A DNA stretch of 64,000 nucleotides from Ignavibacteriota bacterium (GTDB lineage Bacteria > Bacteroidota > Ignavibacteria > UBA10030 > UBA6906), in assembly GCA_963801355.1 (NCBI GenBank), contig CAWDEM010000008.1, positions 1 to 64,000 of the forward strand, given 5' to 3'. The notes beneath the pieces are model-generated. The model was given only the letters and a program-made list of their open reading frames with translations, made no database searches and had not been told where the DNA came from. The translations under genes and the position numbers were made by a program. Positions 37,162 through 47,768 of this stretch are shown here, one piece after another (within the stretch, counting starts at the first letter, position 1; the number at the start of each line of letters is the position of its first letter).

Positions 37162-39840
37162 TCACCGGCGTGAATACACTTTGATGTCCAACCCTCCGGA
37201 TAGCACCTCCGCCGGGATAAGCAAGGAGCCATCCCGGCGTGGGGATATTTTCTTGCCATTGATCAGCGCGTAGTTCACCTCACCTGCTCTGTCGATCTCG
37301 AGCCTGATCCTGGACGAACGGAAACGCAGATCAGCTCTGCATCCGCCCTCGCCAGGAAACAATGCAGGGCGAACAACCAGGTCGCTCCCTTCAAAGGAGA
37401 GGCCGAGCCAGTGTCTCACCGCAAACAACGCCACCTCGGCCGATGCCCAGGGGACGATGCCCGCACCAGGGACCTGTGATCGTATCAGAGGAATCTCCTC
37501 GAACCAGGCTCCGGCACTTCCGCCCTCGACGTGCAGAAGCCAATCGAGTGAACGGCGGCTCCTGTCGTAGAGGCCGGCATCGTGTTGTGCACGGGCGATG
37601 GAAGCCGTTGCAAAACTCCATGGTCCGGGTTGATCCTGCTGGGAGCTGGAATGATACCGTTCATACCCGCCGAACTCCCAACGTGCATTCCAGATTTCTT
37701 CCAGCCGGTCAAGGGTCTTACGAGCCAATGCGGATTTAGGGTCTACAACCTGAAGCACGATCGGAAGAACAGAGCTCGCATCGGGATTCAGCCGGTGGAA
37801 CGCTTCAGTGGCGGCAGGATCGTCTCTCCTGAGATCGGACAGCTGACCTGGGATGAAGTCCGCGACCGAGCCGTCGATATTCCTCCGCTTTATGAGACTT
37901 CCCCGGTCCACCAGTGATCGTGACGGATGATCAAGCATCGCGTGTTGAAACACGTCTGCCTCTGATCTCCAGAAGGCTGCTTTTTCCGGTACTCCCAGGT
38001 GACGCGACAGTTCGGCAGCGTCTCTCAGACCGCGTACCATGAACGTCTGGTACGCCAACTCATACCCGTCCTCGAAGGTGCGTTCCCAGTACTCACGCCG
38101 GTTGTGCACCATCCCCGTCGAATCGCGGAATCGGGCCTGAAGAGGCCGTTCGATCATGGCAATGATTCTTGCGCGGTGTTCTGAGATGAGCAGGCTATCG
38201 CCGGTCCAATCGCGGTAGGCCTTCAGAGCGTGTATCAGTTCGCCCATTTGATCGAATTCTTCGCGATCCGGGTTGTCGAACGCGCCTGAAGAAATCAACG
38301 TACCCTGGATTGAGACAAGATCGGTGAGAATGAGGGCCAGTAGTGCCCGGGCCGATTCGAAGTGGCCGGCATGGATCAATCCGAGAGCAACGTTTGAGCC
38401 ATCGCGTACCCATTGATCGCCGTATTCGAAATTGCCTGCGTCCATCTTCCCATCCGACCCGACCATTCCGGGGAGCGCGAATCGTGCATGGTCGAACAGA
38501 TCCTTGACGAGGGAGTCTCGTGTGGCAATGGAGCCCGTCTGGTCCCAGTACCTGCGTGTTTTCTCGATCTCGCGCCCAATCTGGGAAACCTTCATCTCCG
38601 CAAGCGCGTCAAAGAGCTTCTGCACTCCCGTTTTCACTTCAGGCTCCTCAGGCGCCGGGCCAGGCAAAAAACACCGTACCCGAACTCCCGCCCAACCCAG
38701 GAGCTCGGCGAACTCGATCCGTATGTTGTAGGTTTTGCCTGACTCAAGCACAATATCTCCTGTTCGCCGTACGTTTCGGGAATTCTCCCAGCAGTTGATA
38801 AGAAGCGTGTCGCCGACATACAGGCGGGCTCTCTCGTCAGCCACCAGGGAGAATCGATGCCGGCCGCTCCTCAAAGGGAGGAGTGACCCCGTCCATCGGA
38901 CCGAAAAGGAATCAGCGCGGACTCCTTCTGCTGGCGAGGCGGTACCCCAGGATGGACAGAAGTTGGTGTCTACGCGAACGACTACCGGGGTACCATGGAG
39001 ATCGGGATTGTTAAAGTATTCTCCCTTCAAACCTATGAGTCCACTCGTCTGCCTCTCCGGACGCAGAAGACCAGGTGCCAGCGGCCGGTCGTCACCGCAC
39101 TCCTGCTCGTAGGAGTACCCCGCGGCAGGGATGCGCGTAGCAAGAAGTGTCGTCTCGGCGACCTGGCTGCCAGGAGCAATGCAGATCGGAAGCGATTCTA
39201 TATACCCATGTCTTTCGTCGACAATCGCAGAGGCCTGTCCAACGAATCCAATTCCAAAAGCGACGTTCTCAGCGATCCCGACAAGCATGGACTCATGCGC
39301 AAAAAAGCGGCCTGGCGGGAGGGAGAGTCGGAGTCGAACTGTATCCGGCCCCGCAAGGTCTTTCCCTGTCAGGGTAATGTTCCGGACAAATGTATTCGAG
39401 CCTTCCAACGCTGTAAACGATTCCGTGACCTTGATGCCTCCAGCCCACCAGTGGGCCTCCACCGAAGGGATACCATCGTGATATCTCCAATGCACGTTGG
39501 TGGTACGTCCGAGTGCGGTGAAGGGAACTCCCCGTAGGACGACTTCAAGCGCGCTTGCTGAACAGGCCTTTCCCGGAGTGTAGTTAAAGGCCCTTCCTTT
39601 CCTGAGCGTCTGGCAGGGTTTGTTCGCGTCAAAGAGCATGTATGTGACTGCGGGTTGCAGACCGGATTTGTCAGACTGGAGTATGAGCTTTGCATTGCCG
39701 CTTCGGAGCATGAAATACTCTCGTCCAGTTACGAACGAATTCAGGAAATCATCATTGACCTGACCTGACCCTCGAGCAGCCATGGTCAGCAAGAGGATGA
39801 CACAGAGCGATAGGCCACGTAAAGCAGAGAAAGGATGCAT
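37162..39840 (-). CDS. Secreted glycoside hydrolase-like protein: PA14 domain plus GH15-like (alpha/alpha)6 barrel
   Basis: Signal peptide; GLKGEYFNN...DSFSVRWTG (PA14); YGDQWVRDG and EYWER. Confidence 0.8.
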   Translation of the reverse strand: MHPFSALRGLSLCVILLLTMAARGSGQVNDDFLNSFVTGREYFMLRSGNAKLILQSDKSGLQPAVTYMLFDANKPCQTLRKGRAFNYTPGKACSASALEVVLRGVPFTALGRTTNVHWRYHDGIPSVEAHWWAGGIKVTESFTALEGSNTFVRNITLTGKDLAGPDTVRLRLSLPPGRFFAHESMLVGIAENVAFGIGFVGQASAIVDERHGYIESLPICIAPGSQVAETTLLATRIPAAGYSYEQECGDDRPLAPGLLRPERQTSGLIGLKGEYFNNPDLHGTPVVVRVDTNFCPSWGTASPAEGVRADSFSVRWTGSLLPLRSGRHRFSLVADERARLYVGDTLLINCWENSRNVRRTGDIVLESGKTYNIRIEFAELLGWAGVRVRCFLPGPAPEEPEVKTGVQKLFDALAEMKVSQIGREIEKTRRYWDQTGSIATRDSLVKDLFDHARFALPGMVGSDGKMDAGNFEYGDQWVRDGSNVALGLIHAGHFESARALLALILTDLVSIQGTLISSGAFDNPDREEFDQMGELIHALKAYRDWTGDSLLISEHRARIIAMIERPLQARFRDSTGMVHNRREYWERTFEDGYELAYQTFMVRGLRDAAELSRHLGVPEKAAFWRSEADVFQHAMLDHPSRSLVDRGSLIKRRNIDGSVADFIPGQLSDLRRDDPAATEAFHRLNPDASSVLPIVLQVVDPKSALARKTLDRLEEIWNARWEFGGYERYHSSSQQDQPGPWSFATASIARAQHDAGLYDRSRRSLDWLLHVEGGSAGAWFEEIPLIRSQVPGAGIVPWASAEVALFAVRHWLGLSFEGSDLVVRPALFPGEGGCRADLRFRSSRIRLEIDRAGEVNYALINGKKISPRRDGSLLIPAEVLSGGLDIKVYSRR

Positions 39841-39951
39841 TGTCTCTCACCTTCCTGGAGATTGTATCTCGTCACATCACCGTTTTGGCGGGATCGGTAG
39901 AAGAAGTTCTATAAATGTACACAATGTCTTTGTCAGATTCTACGGCTGGGA

Positions 39952-39975
39952 GGGATGGAATGAGTCCCCCTTGCG
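39952..39975 (+). mobile_element. Solo family-A right IR
   Basis: GGGATGGAATGAGTCCCCCTTGCG. Confidence 0.7.
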
Positions 39976-40197
39976 GGACAATTCCTACACGATCTTTCAG
40001 TATTTGTCCTACAGATATTTGACAATTCTTAGCGTATATTGCAGTAAAGGTTACAGAGGTCGGATGTGGGACTCACGCGCCGGATCTGGAAGCGCACCTG
40101 ATCTTTGCCTCCATCTGCACTCCCTCCTCAAGCGCGGCATCAGTTCTCCACACAGCCAAGCAAAGCCTCGCATGTGCCAACTCCGAGGAGGGGGGGC

Positions 40198-43100
40198 ATG
40201 TCTGAAAGTATGTCTGCCATTAAGAGCTTCCTCGTGCTATCGCTTATCCTTGCCTTTATCCGCGCCCCCGTCCATCCGCAACAAGACAACCTGGTATTCG
40301 AACCGCTCTCTGTTGATCAGGGCATGCCGACCGCCGTGAGGTACATCCTTCAAGATAGAACCGGCTATTTATGGTTTGGTACGTATAGTGGCCTTCACCG
40401 GTTTGACGGGTACAGCTTCGTGTCTTACAGACACGATGCTGGTGATACTTCGAGTATAGTTGACAACAACGCCTCCACCCTGTATGAAGACAAAGCGGGA
40501 GTGCTGTGGATAGGGAGCCCGCTTGGGCTTGACAAATTCGATCGCACAATCGGTACGTTCTCGCATTATGTACCTGATCCAGCCGGCAGAGGAGAAGACC
40601 CAGGCAATAAGGTTTTGGCGATTCGTGAAGATAGAAATGGTGCTCTCTGGGTTGGGACTGAGGGAGGGCTATATCAATTCGATAGAGCAACAGGGAAATT
40701 CACGGCGCTGAGAATTGGTACCACTGATTCCGTTGGCATGTCTCATAACCCTGTGAACGCAATCCACGAGGATGAAGAAGGATCGCTATGGTTTGCGACT
40801 CGTGAAGGGCTTGACAAGTATGACATTGAAGCGGGGGAGCTTATTCGTTGTTGGAATGACTCAGGCAATCGGCAAGGGCGGTGGGTAGATACTTCAATGT
40901 ACTGTGTCAACGCACTCTGTGCCGATGAGACCGGGGTACTGTGGCTGGGGACGAATGGAGGATTGGTGGAGTTCAACCCCAGGACGGGGACCACTTCCCG
41001 TTATCGCTACAACCCCCCGAAAGGATACAATCAGGTCCACCAGATCTGCCAGGATGCCACAACCGGTTCCTTCTGGCTGGCGACCGGCAGATTGCTTCTC
41101 TCTTATGATAGACAGTCAGAAGCATTCACCAAATATGAGTATCGAACAAACGCCGTTTGTAACGAGCGATCCGGAACACTCTGGGCTGGGACAGATACCT
41201 ACATACAAAAGCTCAACCGGGCAAAACAGCCCTTCAAGAAATATCCAATGGATATCACGGCCCAGGTGATCAAGAGCGGAAAGGAAGGAACACTCTGGAT
41301 CAAAATACCTAACGGATATAGGAAGTTTGACATACGAAGAGAAGAATTCGTTCCGTTTTCGTTTGGCAAGAATATCGTGAAGTTTGTGTACAATTCGGGA
41401 GGTGAGGTGTTGCTCTACTGGGAAAACGATTTGCTGTCCACGGTAGATAGTTCTGGCGCAAGACATGACTGGGAGCCGTGCTCGCGATCGTTCGCGAATT
41501 CAGTTTCGGCCAGCTGGAAAGGGAGCAAAGGATACTGGTTCGGTACTCGCTTCGGCGGTCTCTTTCTTGTCGATTTCAAGAAGCCACGCTTCAGAGAAAT
41601 CAGGAATGTGAGGCTACATATAGATCGCATCTATGAAGATACCGGCGGTGCAGTTTGGGTTGCCACCGCAATGGGCAAGTTGTTCTGCTGTGACCAGGCA
41701 GAGGATACAATCATCGAATTCATCCCCGAGTCCGGAAAACCTTCAGCGGTAAGTGGGAGAAGGTTTAATGACGTTCTTGAGGATAGCAAGGGGGGGCTAT
41801 GGTTCGCTGCAAATGATGGCTTGTTAAAGCTCGACCGTTCAGCAAAGAAGTTCGTTCGCTATTTCGAAAAAGACGGTTTGCCCAGCAATGACGTACGAGG
41901 TGTTCTCGAAGATGATCATGGTTGTTTGTGGATTGCCACTAACAAGGGCATCTCGAAGTTCGATCCTGAGACAAATCACATCAAGAATTATGATGCTTCC
42001 TACGGTCTGGAACCGACAGCGGATGTGTTCCTTGGCAAAGGGTGCAAAACAAGAAACGGTGAAATGTATTTTGGAGGAGCGGGGGGGTTCACGCGTTTTC
42101 ATCCCGACAGTGTGAAGGACAATCCGTTTGTGCCGCCGGTTGTGATAACATCCTTCAGAAAATTCGACAAAGCGTATCCACTCCCGCATGATGTCCGCCT
42201 CTCGTACGATGAGAACTTCATTGCATTTGAGTTTGCAGCGCTGAGCTACATAAGTCCGGAAAGGAACCAGTATACCTACAAGATGGAGGGACTAGACAAG
42301 GATTGGGTGCATTCAGGGACACGGCGTTATGCGTCCTATCCGGGCCTGGAGCCCGGTGAATACACGTTCAGAGTAAGGGGGTCGAACAACGACGGGGTAT
42401 GGAATGAAGCCGGAACGTCGGTTTCGATCGTCATTTCTCCCCCCTGGTGGAAAACCACGTGGGCATATGCTCTCTACGCGCTGATGGTTCTTGGCACCCT
42501 CTATGTCACCTGGAAAATGCAGGTGAAGAGAATAGGAGAGAGGCAGGAATATGAGATGAGCAGGTTCGAAGCAGAGAAGCTGCGCGAGATGGATGGGATG
42601 AAATCGCGCTTCTTTGCGAACATTTCCCATGAGTTCAGAACGCCCCTCACGTTGATCCTGGGACCTGTCAAACAGATTATTGAGAGGACAGAGGAGGAAG
42701 ACACCAGAAGCGGTTTGCAGGCTGTTCACCGGAATGCGGACAGGCTTCTTGGGCTTGTGAACCAGCTGCTTGATCTCTCCAAGCTGGAGTCGGGCGCCAT
42801 GAAGCTGCGGACAGTCCGTCTGAATATCGTTCCACTGTTGAAAGCCCTGGTGCTGTCGTTCGCTTCGTATGCAGAACGGAAGCGAATCACGCTGACGTTC
42901 AACGTAAACGAAATGGAAATATCCACCTACGTAGACAGGGACAAGATCGAGAAGATCACCACCAACATACTTTCCAACGCGTTCAAATTCACTCCTGAAA
43001 GTGGAAGGATTGACGTGTCGGTGACGAGAACTGAAGACCGCGTGACCGTAGCTGTGGCCGATACGGGGATCGGTATTCCGGCCGACAAGATCTCCAGGAT

Positions 43101-44181
43101 CTTCGATCGATTCTATCAGGTGGATGGAAGCCATACAAGAGAACAGGAAGGTACCGGGATCGGCCTGTCATTGACAAAGGAACTGGTGGAGCTACACAAA
43201 GGGACAATTGAAGTCGAGAGCGCAGCAGGAAAGGGAACAACAGTTGTGATTCACCTTCCTCTGGGGAAAGAACACTTGAAGCCGGAAGAGATATGCGACG
43301 TTGAGGAGGAGGGGAAGAGCGAACTGATTGCCAGGCCGACTTCCTCTGTTCCGGAGGAGCTGCTCAACCATGGAGTGACGAAGGCCGCGAAGCCTGAGAT
43401 TGGCGTGTTCACGGAAACAGAAAAGCCACTGCTGCTCATCGTAGAAGACAATGCCGATGTCAGAGATTACATACAGAATGATCTCAAACGGGAGTATGGA
43501 ATTCTGGAGGCTGTGGATGGAGAGGACGGCTGGAGGAAATCCCTTGAGCATATGCCTGATGTCGTTGTCAGCGATGTCATGATGCCGAAAATGGATGGGT
43601 TCAGCCTCTGTGATCAAATCAAAAAGGACGAACGAACAAGCCACATACCTGTCATCCTGCTAACGGCGAAGGCGTCGCAGCAGGACAAGATCGAAGGGCT
43701 TGAGACAGGCGCAGATGATTACATCATGAAACCATTTGAACCGGCAGAACTCAATGCAAGAATACATAATCTCATCGAACAGAGGAAGAGAATTCATGAG
43801 CATTTCAGAAGGCACGGATTGTATGACATAGAGGATAAAAGCATCACGCCTGTTGATCAGAAATTCCTGCAGAACGCTCTCGCAGTCATCACCAGGCATA
43901 TGTCGGATCCCACATTCGGGGTGGAGTCACTGGCAGCGGAGTTGGCTGTGAGCAGATCGGTGCTTCTCAAGAAGATCGAGGCGTTGGTCGGCGAGCCGCC
44001 GAATGACCTGATCAAGAGGACTCGATTGACCACAGCTGCGAAGCTCATCGAACGCAGATTTGGCAATATGTCCGAAATCGCACTGGAAGTGGGCTTCAAT
44101 AACCCGTCCTATTTCGCCAAATCCTTCAAGAAGCAATTCGGCATCAACCCCTCGCGCTACCTCCGCAATCCCATCTCGTAG
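40198..44181 (+). CDS. Hybrid two-component sensor/regulator (propeller-HK-REC-AraC)
   Basis: Propeller repeats, Y_Y_Y, SHEFRTPL, NAFKF, SDVMMP and VGFNNPSYF. Confidence 0.95.
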   Translation: MSESMSAIKSFLVLSLILAFIRAPVHPQQDNLVFEPLSVDQGMPTAVRYILQDRTGYLWFGTYSGLHRFDGYSFVSYRHDAGDTSSIVDNNASTLYEDKAGVLWIGSPLGLDKFDRTIGTFSHYVPDPAGRGEDPGNKVLAIREDRNGALWVGTEGGLYQFDRATGKFTALRIGTTDSVGMSHNPVNAIHEDEEGSLWFATREGLDKYDIEAGELIRCWNDSGNRQGRWVDTSMYCVNALCADETGVLWLGTNGGLVEFNPRTGTTSRYRYNPPKGYNQVHQICQDATTGSFWLATGRLLLSYDRQSEAFTKYEYRTNAVCNERSGTLWAGTDTYIQKLNRAKQPFKKYPMDITAQVIKSGKEGTLWIKIPNGYRKFDIRREEFVPFSFGKNIVKFVYNSGGEVLLYWENDLLSTVDSSGARHDWEPCSRSFANSVSASWKGSKGYWFGTRFGGLFLVDFKKPRFREIRNVRLHIDRIYEDTGGAVWVATAMGKLFCCDQAEDTIIEFIPESGKPSAVSGRRFNDVLEDSKGGLWFAANDGLLKLDRSAKKFVRYFEKDGLPSNDVRGVLEDDHGCLWIATNKGISKFDPETNHIKNYDASYGLEPTADVFLGKGCKTRNGEMYFGGAGGFTRFHPDSVKDNPFVPPVVITSFRKFDKAYPLPHDVRLSYDENFIAFEFAALSYISPERNQYTYKMEGLDKDWVHSGTRRYASYPGLEPGEYTFRVRGSNNDGVWNEAGTSVSIVISPPWWKTTWAYALYALMVLGTLYVTWKMQVKRIGERQEYEMSRFEAEKLREMDGMKSRFFANISHEFRTPLTLILGPVKQIIERTEEEDTRSGLQAVHRNADRLLGLVNQLLDLSKLESGAMKLRTVRLNIVPLLKALVLSFASYAERKRITLTFNVNEMEISTYVDRDKIEKITTNILSNAFKFTPESGRIDVSVTRTEDRVTVAVADTGIGIPADKISRIFDRFYQVDGSHTREQEGTGIGLSLTKELVELHKGTIEVESAAGKGTTVVIHLPLGKEHLKPEEICDVEEEGKSELIARPTSSVPEELLNHGVTKAAKPEIGVFTETEKPLLLIVEDNADVRDYIQNDLKREYGILEAVDGEDGWRKSLEHMPDVVVSDVMMPKMDGFSLCDQIKKDERTSHIPVILLTAKASQQDKIEGLETGADDYIMKPFEPAELNARIHNLIEQRKRIHEHFRRHGLYDIEDKSITPVDQKFLQNALAVITRHMSDPTFGVESLAAELAVSRSVLLKKIEALVGEPPNDLIKRTRLTTAAKLIERRFGNMSEIALEVGFNNPSYFAKSFKKQFGINPSRYLRNPIS

Positions 44182-44383
44182 TTGAAGGTGCGTATTCCCC
44201 CGGCAAGTCGTGAGACTTCGACGCAGCGCTTAACCCGCTCTCATCGAAGGAGTTATGGAAAATCGTCTTCCGTGAGAAATGCAAGATTGTCAGCATTTGA
44301 CGCGTCGTTGCTAGAAAACATCTGTTTCGGCCACTAATATTGCTTGGTTGACCCTACACACCTCAAGACAGATAGGAGGCCAT

Positions 44384-45601
44384 ATGTCAGGCGCAATCAG
44401 ATGTTGTCTCATTCTTGTCTCCTCAGTCCTGATCCTTCCTGACGCCCAGGCACAAAGTGGAGCCTGGACAAGGAAGAAAGATATGCCAACAGGACGGGCG
44501 GCGTCCTGTGCCGCTGTGGTCAATAACAAGATTTATGTGATCGGAGGAGTGGACAGAAATATTGTTGATTTGGCTGACTACGAAGTCTATGATCCTTCGG
44601 CGGACACCTGGGAGGTGAAAAAGCCACTACCGACACCCAGGGGTTTTGTTTCCGCGGCGGCAGTGAATGGCATCATCTATGCGATTGGCGGGCATTATAT
44701 GGGTGCTGGTACCTCAGAAGTCCTCGCATACGATCCCGTCGCCGACACCGGCTGGACTCCAAAAGCACAGTTGCTGTCGCCCAGGTTCGGTGCAGCCGCA
44801 GGCGTGGTTGATGGAATAATCTATAATGTTGGGGGGAATCATACGGAGCACAATTGCGAAGCGTACAGTCCGGCAACAGACACATGGACGAGGAAAACCG
44901 ATATCCCGGAGACCTTCGGAGGGATAGCGGTGGCTCCATGTGGTGGACTACTCTATGCAATTGGTGGAGGATTTAAGATAGTATTCCAAACAGTCTTCGC
45001 TTATGACGCGAAGACAGACGAATGGACAAAGAAGACAGACATGCCCACGCCACGAGGTTGGTCACACCCCGCCCCCGTGGTTGACGGGAGGATATATGTC
45101 GTGGGGGGGTATAAAAGCGTTTACGGTGAAGTGCTATCAAACGTGGAAGCGTATGATACGGTTTGGGGCTGGACAAAGGAACCGGACATGCCATTCATAC
45201 GCACCATGTTTGCAGCCGCCGTAGTGAACGGCAAGATCTACGTCATAGGTGGGACGACTGACTTCGGTTCGGTCGAGAAGGATGTCTGGGAGTACGATCC
45301 GTTGTTCACGTCGGTGGGGAGGTTTTCTGAATTGCCGGGGCATTTCGTTCTTGGACAGAACTACCCCAACCCCTTCAACCCGAGCACGACCATCAAGTAC
45401 GAGTTGCCCAAATCCTCTGAAGTGAGGTTGAGTGTGTACGACATGCTCTGCCGCGAGGTGTCCGTGTTGGTGAATGAGAGGAAGGATGCGGGAATACACG
45501 AAGTCAGGTTCGACGGTCACGGGCTTTCTAGTGGAGTGTATTTCTACCGGATGCATGCAGGGGATTTCGTGCAGACGCGCAAGTTGGTTCTTCTCCAATA
45601 G
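44384..45601 (+). CDS. Kelch-repeat protein with T9SS C-terminal domain
   Basis: AGGAGG RBS, signal peptide, six IYVIGG...YDP...W repeats and QNYPNPFNPST. Confidence 0.92.
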   Translation: MSGAIRCCLILVSSVLILPDAQAQSGAWTRKKDMPTGRAASCAAVVNNKIYVIGGVDRNIVDLADYEVYDPSADTWEVKKPLPTPRGFVSAAAVNGIIYAIGGHYMGAGTSEVLAYDPVADTGWTPKAQLLSPRFGAAAGVVDGIIYNVGGNHTEHNCEAYSPATDTWTRKTDIPETFGGIAVAPCGGLLYAIGGGFKIVFQTVFAYDAKTDEWTKKTDMPTPRGWSHPAPVVDGRIYVVGGYKSVYGEVLSNVEAYDTVWGWTKEPDMPFIRTMFAAAVVNGKIYVIGGTTDFGSVEKDVWEYDPLFTSVGRFSELPGHFVLGQNYPNPFNPSTTIKYELPKSSEVRLSVYDMLCREVSVLVNERKDAGIHEVRFDGHGLSSGVYFYRMHAGDFVQTRKLVLLQ

Positions 45602-46430
45602 TAGCTGATTTTCCCGGGTTCATGTTGGCGTTTCTCTTGATGTGGAGTGTGCATTCTATCGCCTGTGGCGGCAACGCATCAACACTACAGGACGTAGGGC
45701 ATGGAGCACCCTGCCTCAAGGGTGGTATGGTGCCGGGGGCGGCCTCTACAAGATCCAAGAGACTGAAAGGAGGGATTTGAAATGAAGAATCTATGCTGGT
45801 TGATGCTCGTGCTCACATTGCCAACAACCTTATGGAGCCAGGAACGCATTGGAAGACATACGGTTGCTGAATGGCGCGACATCATTGACACGACTTGGGG
45901 AGCCGGCGAAACAACGGATGAGAAGCTTCGGATATTCGATCTCTTCTGGGATGCTGTTGATCAGCAATATGCGGGTTTCGGGGGGATAGAAGACAAATGG
46001 CAACAGATGAGAAGCTATCAGGACACCGTAGCCCTGGGAGTCAGCAGAGGGAGGTTTGCTGGGATTTGCGGCCATCTTGTGCAGTCTTTGCAGGACATCC
46101 ATGTGAACATGTGTGACGTTGGCGTTTCTTCAACACCGCTGAGCGCTGGTGCGCCGTTGCTCTATCCTATCGGGTTTGACATGCCGTCCCAGAACTGGGG
46201 AGCCATTCGCCACTTTGGGGCCTGCCTTACTCCGCTGCCGGACAGCACACTGCTCATCTATGCGGCGGTTGACAACCATCTGCTGGGTCTGGTTCGGGGC
46301 GATGTCGTACTGGGTTATGATGGGAGGTTGTGGAAAGATCTGATCCGGGAGTTGCTGAAGATTCAATTCCCACCCGCCTTGCATCCCACTATGTCAGGGT
46401 AAGCCAGGGCAGGTACGCACCAATTACTAG

Positions 46431-47768
46431 GGGCTAGGTTTGCAATAGAACCGTACACCTGTTAAAGAGTTGTGAGCCGTTCTTTTCTGTGGTAGTTTCA
46501 TGAGTCGCCACAGAAAACAAACCATACAAGATGAGGACGGCTCACCGGTGAAACAACAAGAAGCACAACAACTCTTTGCTGAAGTCCATCGGCTACACAA
46601 AGTCGGTCAGAACAACAGTCAGATTGCCGAGGCCCTTCGTTTGCGTCGGGCCACGGTAATCGAGTGGCTCGGTCGTGAAGCGTACATAGACAACCGCGGG
46701 TGGAAGCAAGGTCGAGCTCGTAAGCACACCGACCCCGCGATGGTCAAACGGATCTGCCGGCTCAAGCAGCGACGCGTGCATGACAACTATCTCGTCGGCA
46801 GCGAGTATGTGCAGATGGACTATTGTAAAAGCTACCCGAGTCAGGAAGTACCGTCGGTCTGGTTCATTGACAGCGTCGTGCGCAAAGCCGGCCTCCAGAC
46901 CAGGAAGCCGAAAACGAAACGACGGGGAGGCTCGGCCTATTTACTGTACCCAGTGGTGTCCATGCACCGCCTGGGACTGATCCAAGAGTCAGCGGACTTC
47001 ATCGGCAAAAAGGATTTGGACGGCTCTCCGCGTCCCGTGACGATTTTCTCCAGTTGCTATTACAGGCCGTTCAAAATGTATCAGATCCAGCGAACAGAGG
47101 CAGAAAAGGCCACTTTGGCAATCGAGATCCTCTGCCAACAGTGGACAGACTTTCCTGTTCCACACGTCCTGCGCATGGATAACGCGGGACCGTTCCGGGG
47201 CACGGGTACCTCACCTCGGCGTTTGGGAACCTTTGTCGTCTTCCTGCTGAACCTGGGCGTTGTCCCCTTGTTTGGATCGCCTTCCCGGCCATGGACTAAT
47301 GGTGCGGTCGAAGGTCACAACCGCGTGTTCACCGAGAAGGTCTGGCTGAGGAATCGCTTCAGCTCTCTGGAAGAAGTCGATCGAGAGACCAAGCGCTTCA
47401 ACGATGAAGGCCGTGAGTTCTTCCGCTTCCGATACCAATCGCTCGTCGATCGGTTCCGTGCGCGGCGTCTGGGACCAAAGCGGACAATCGACATCGAGCA
47501 CTTACGCACGCGGCGCAACAAGAAAATCAACTTCGTACGCTTCGTGGAACCGTCGCTCGACGAACCAAGACCACACATCGTAGTTATGAATGAGCGGGTC
47601 TTTCTGCCGGACCCATACGTCAACCAATTTGTCTTTGCAACATGGGATCTGGAGCAAGAACAGCTCTCTGTTGTCTCTGAATATCAAGGAACTTGTAGAC
47701 CTATCCTTCGTCGTTCCTTCAAAATCAATGAATAGAAGGGGTGTACGGTTTTATTGCAAAGTTAGCAA
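46431..47768 (+). mobile_element. Insertion sequence with about 29-bp imperfect IRs, flanked by CTAG direct repeats
   Basis: TTTGCAATAGAACCGTACACC and GGTGTACGGTTTTATTGCAAA; CTAG at 46427-46430 and 47769-47772. Confidence 0.92.
46500..47735 (+). CDS. HTH plus rve-type DDE transposase
   Basis: SADF, LRMDNAGPF and PWTNGAVEGHN. Confidence 0.85.
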   Translation: MSRHRKQTIQDEDGSPVKQQEAQQLFAEVHRLHKVGQNNSQIAEALRLRRATVIEWLGREAYIDNRGWKQGRARKHTDPAMVKRICRLKQRRVHDNYLVGSEYVQMDYCKSYPSQEVPSVWFIDSVVRKAGLQTRKPKTKRRGGSAYLLYPVVSMHRLGLIQESADFIGKKDLDGSPRPVTIFSSCYYRPFKMYQIQRTEAEKATLAIEILCQQWTDFPVPHVLRMDNAGPFRGTGTSPRRLGTFVVFLLNLGVVPLFGSPSRPWTNGAVEGHNRVFTEKVWLRNRFSSLEEVDRETKRFNDEGREFFRFRYQSLVDRFRARRLGPKRTIDIEHLRTRRNKKINFVRFVEPSLDEPRPHIVVMNERVFLPDPYVNQFVFATWDLEQEQLSVVSEYQGTCRPILRRSFKINE

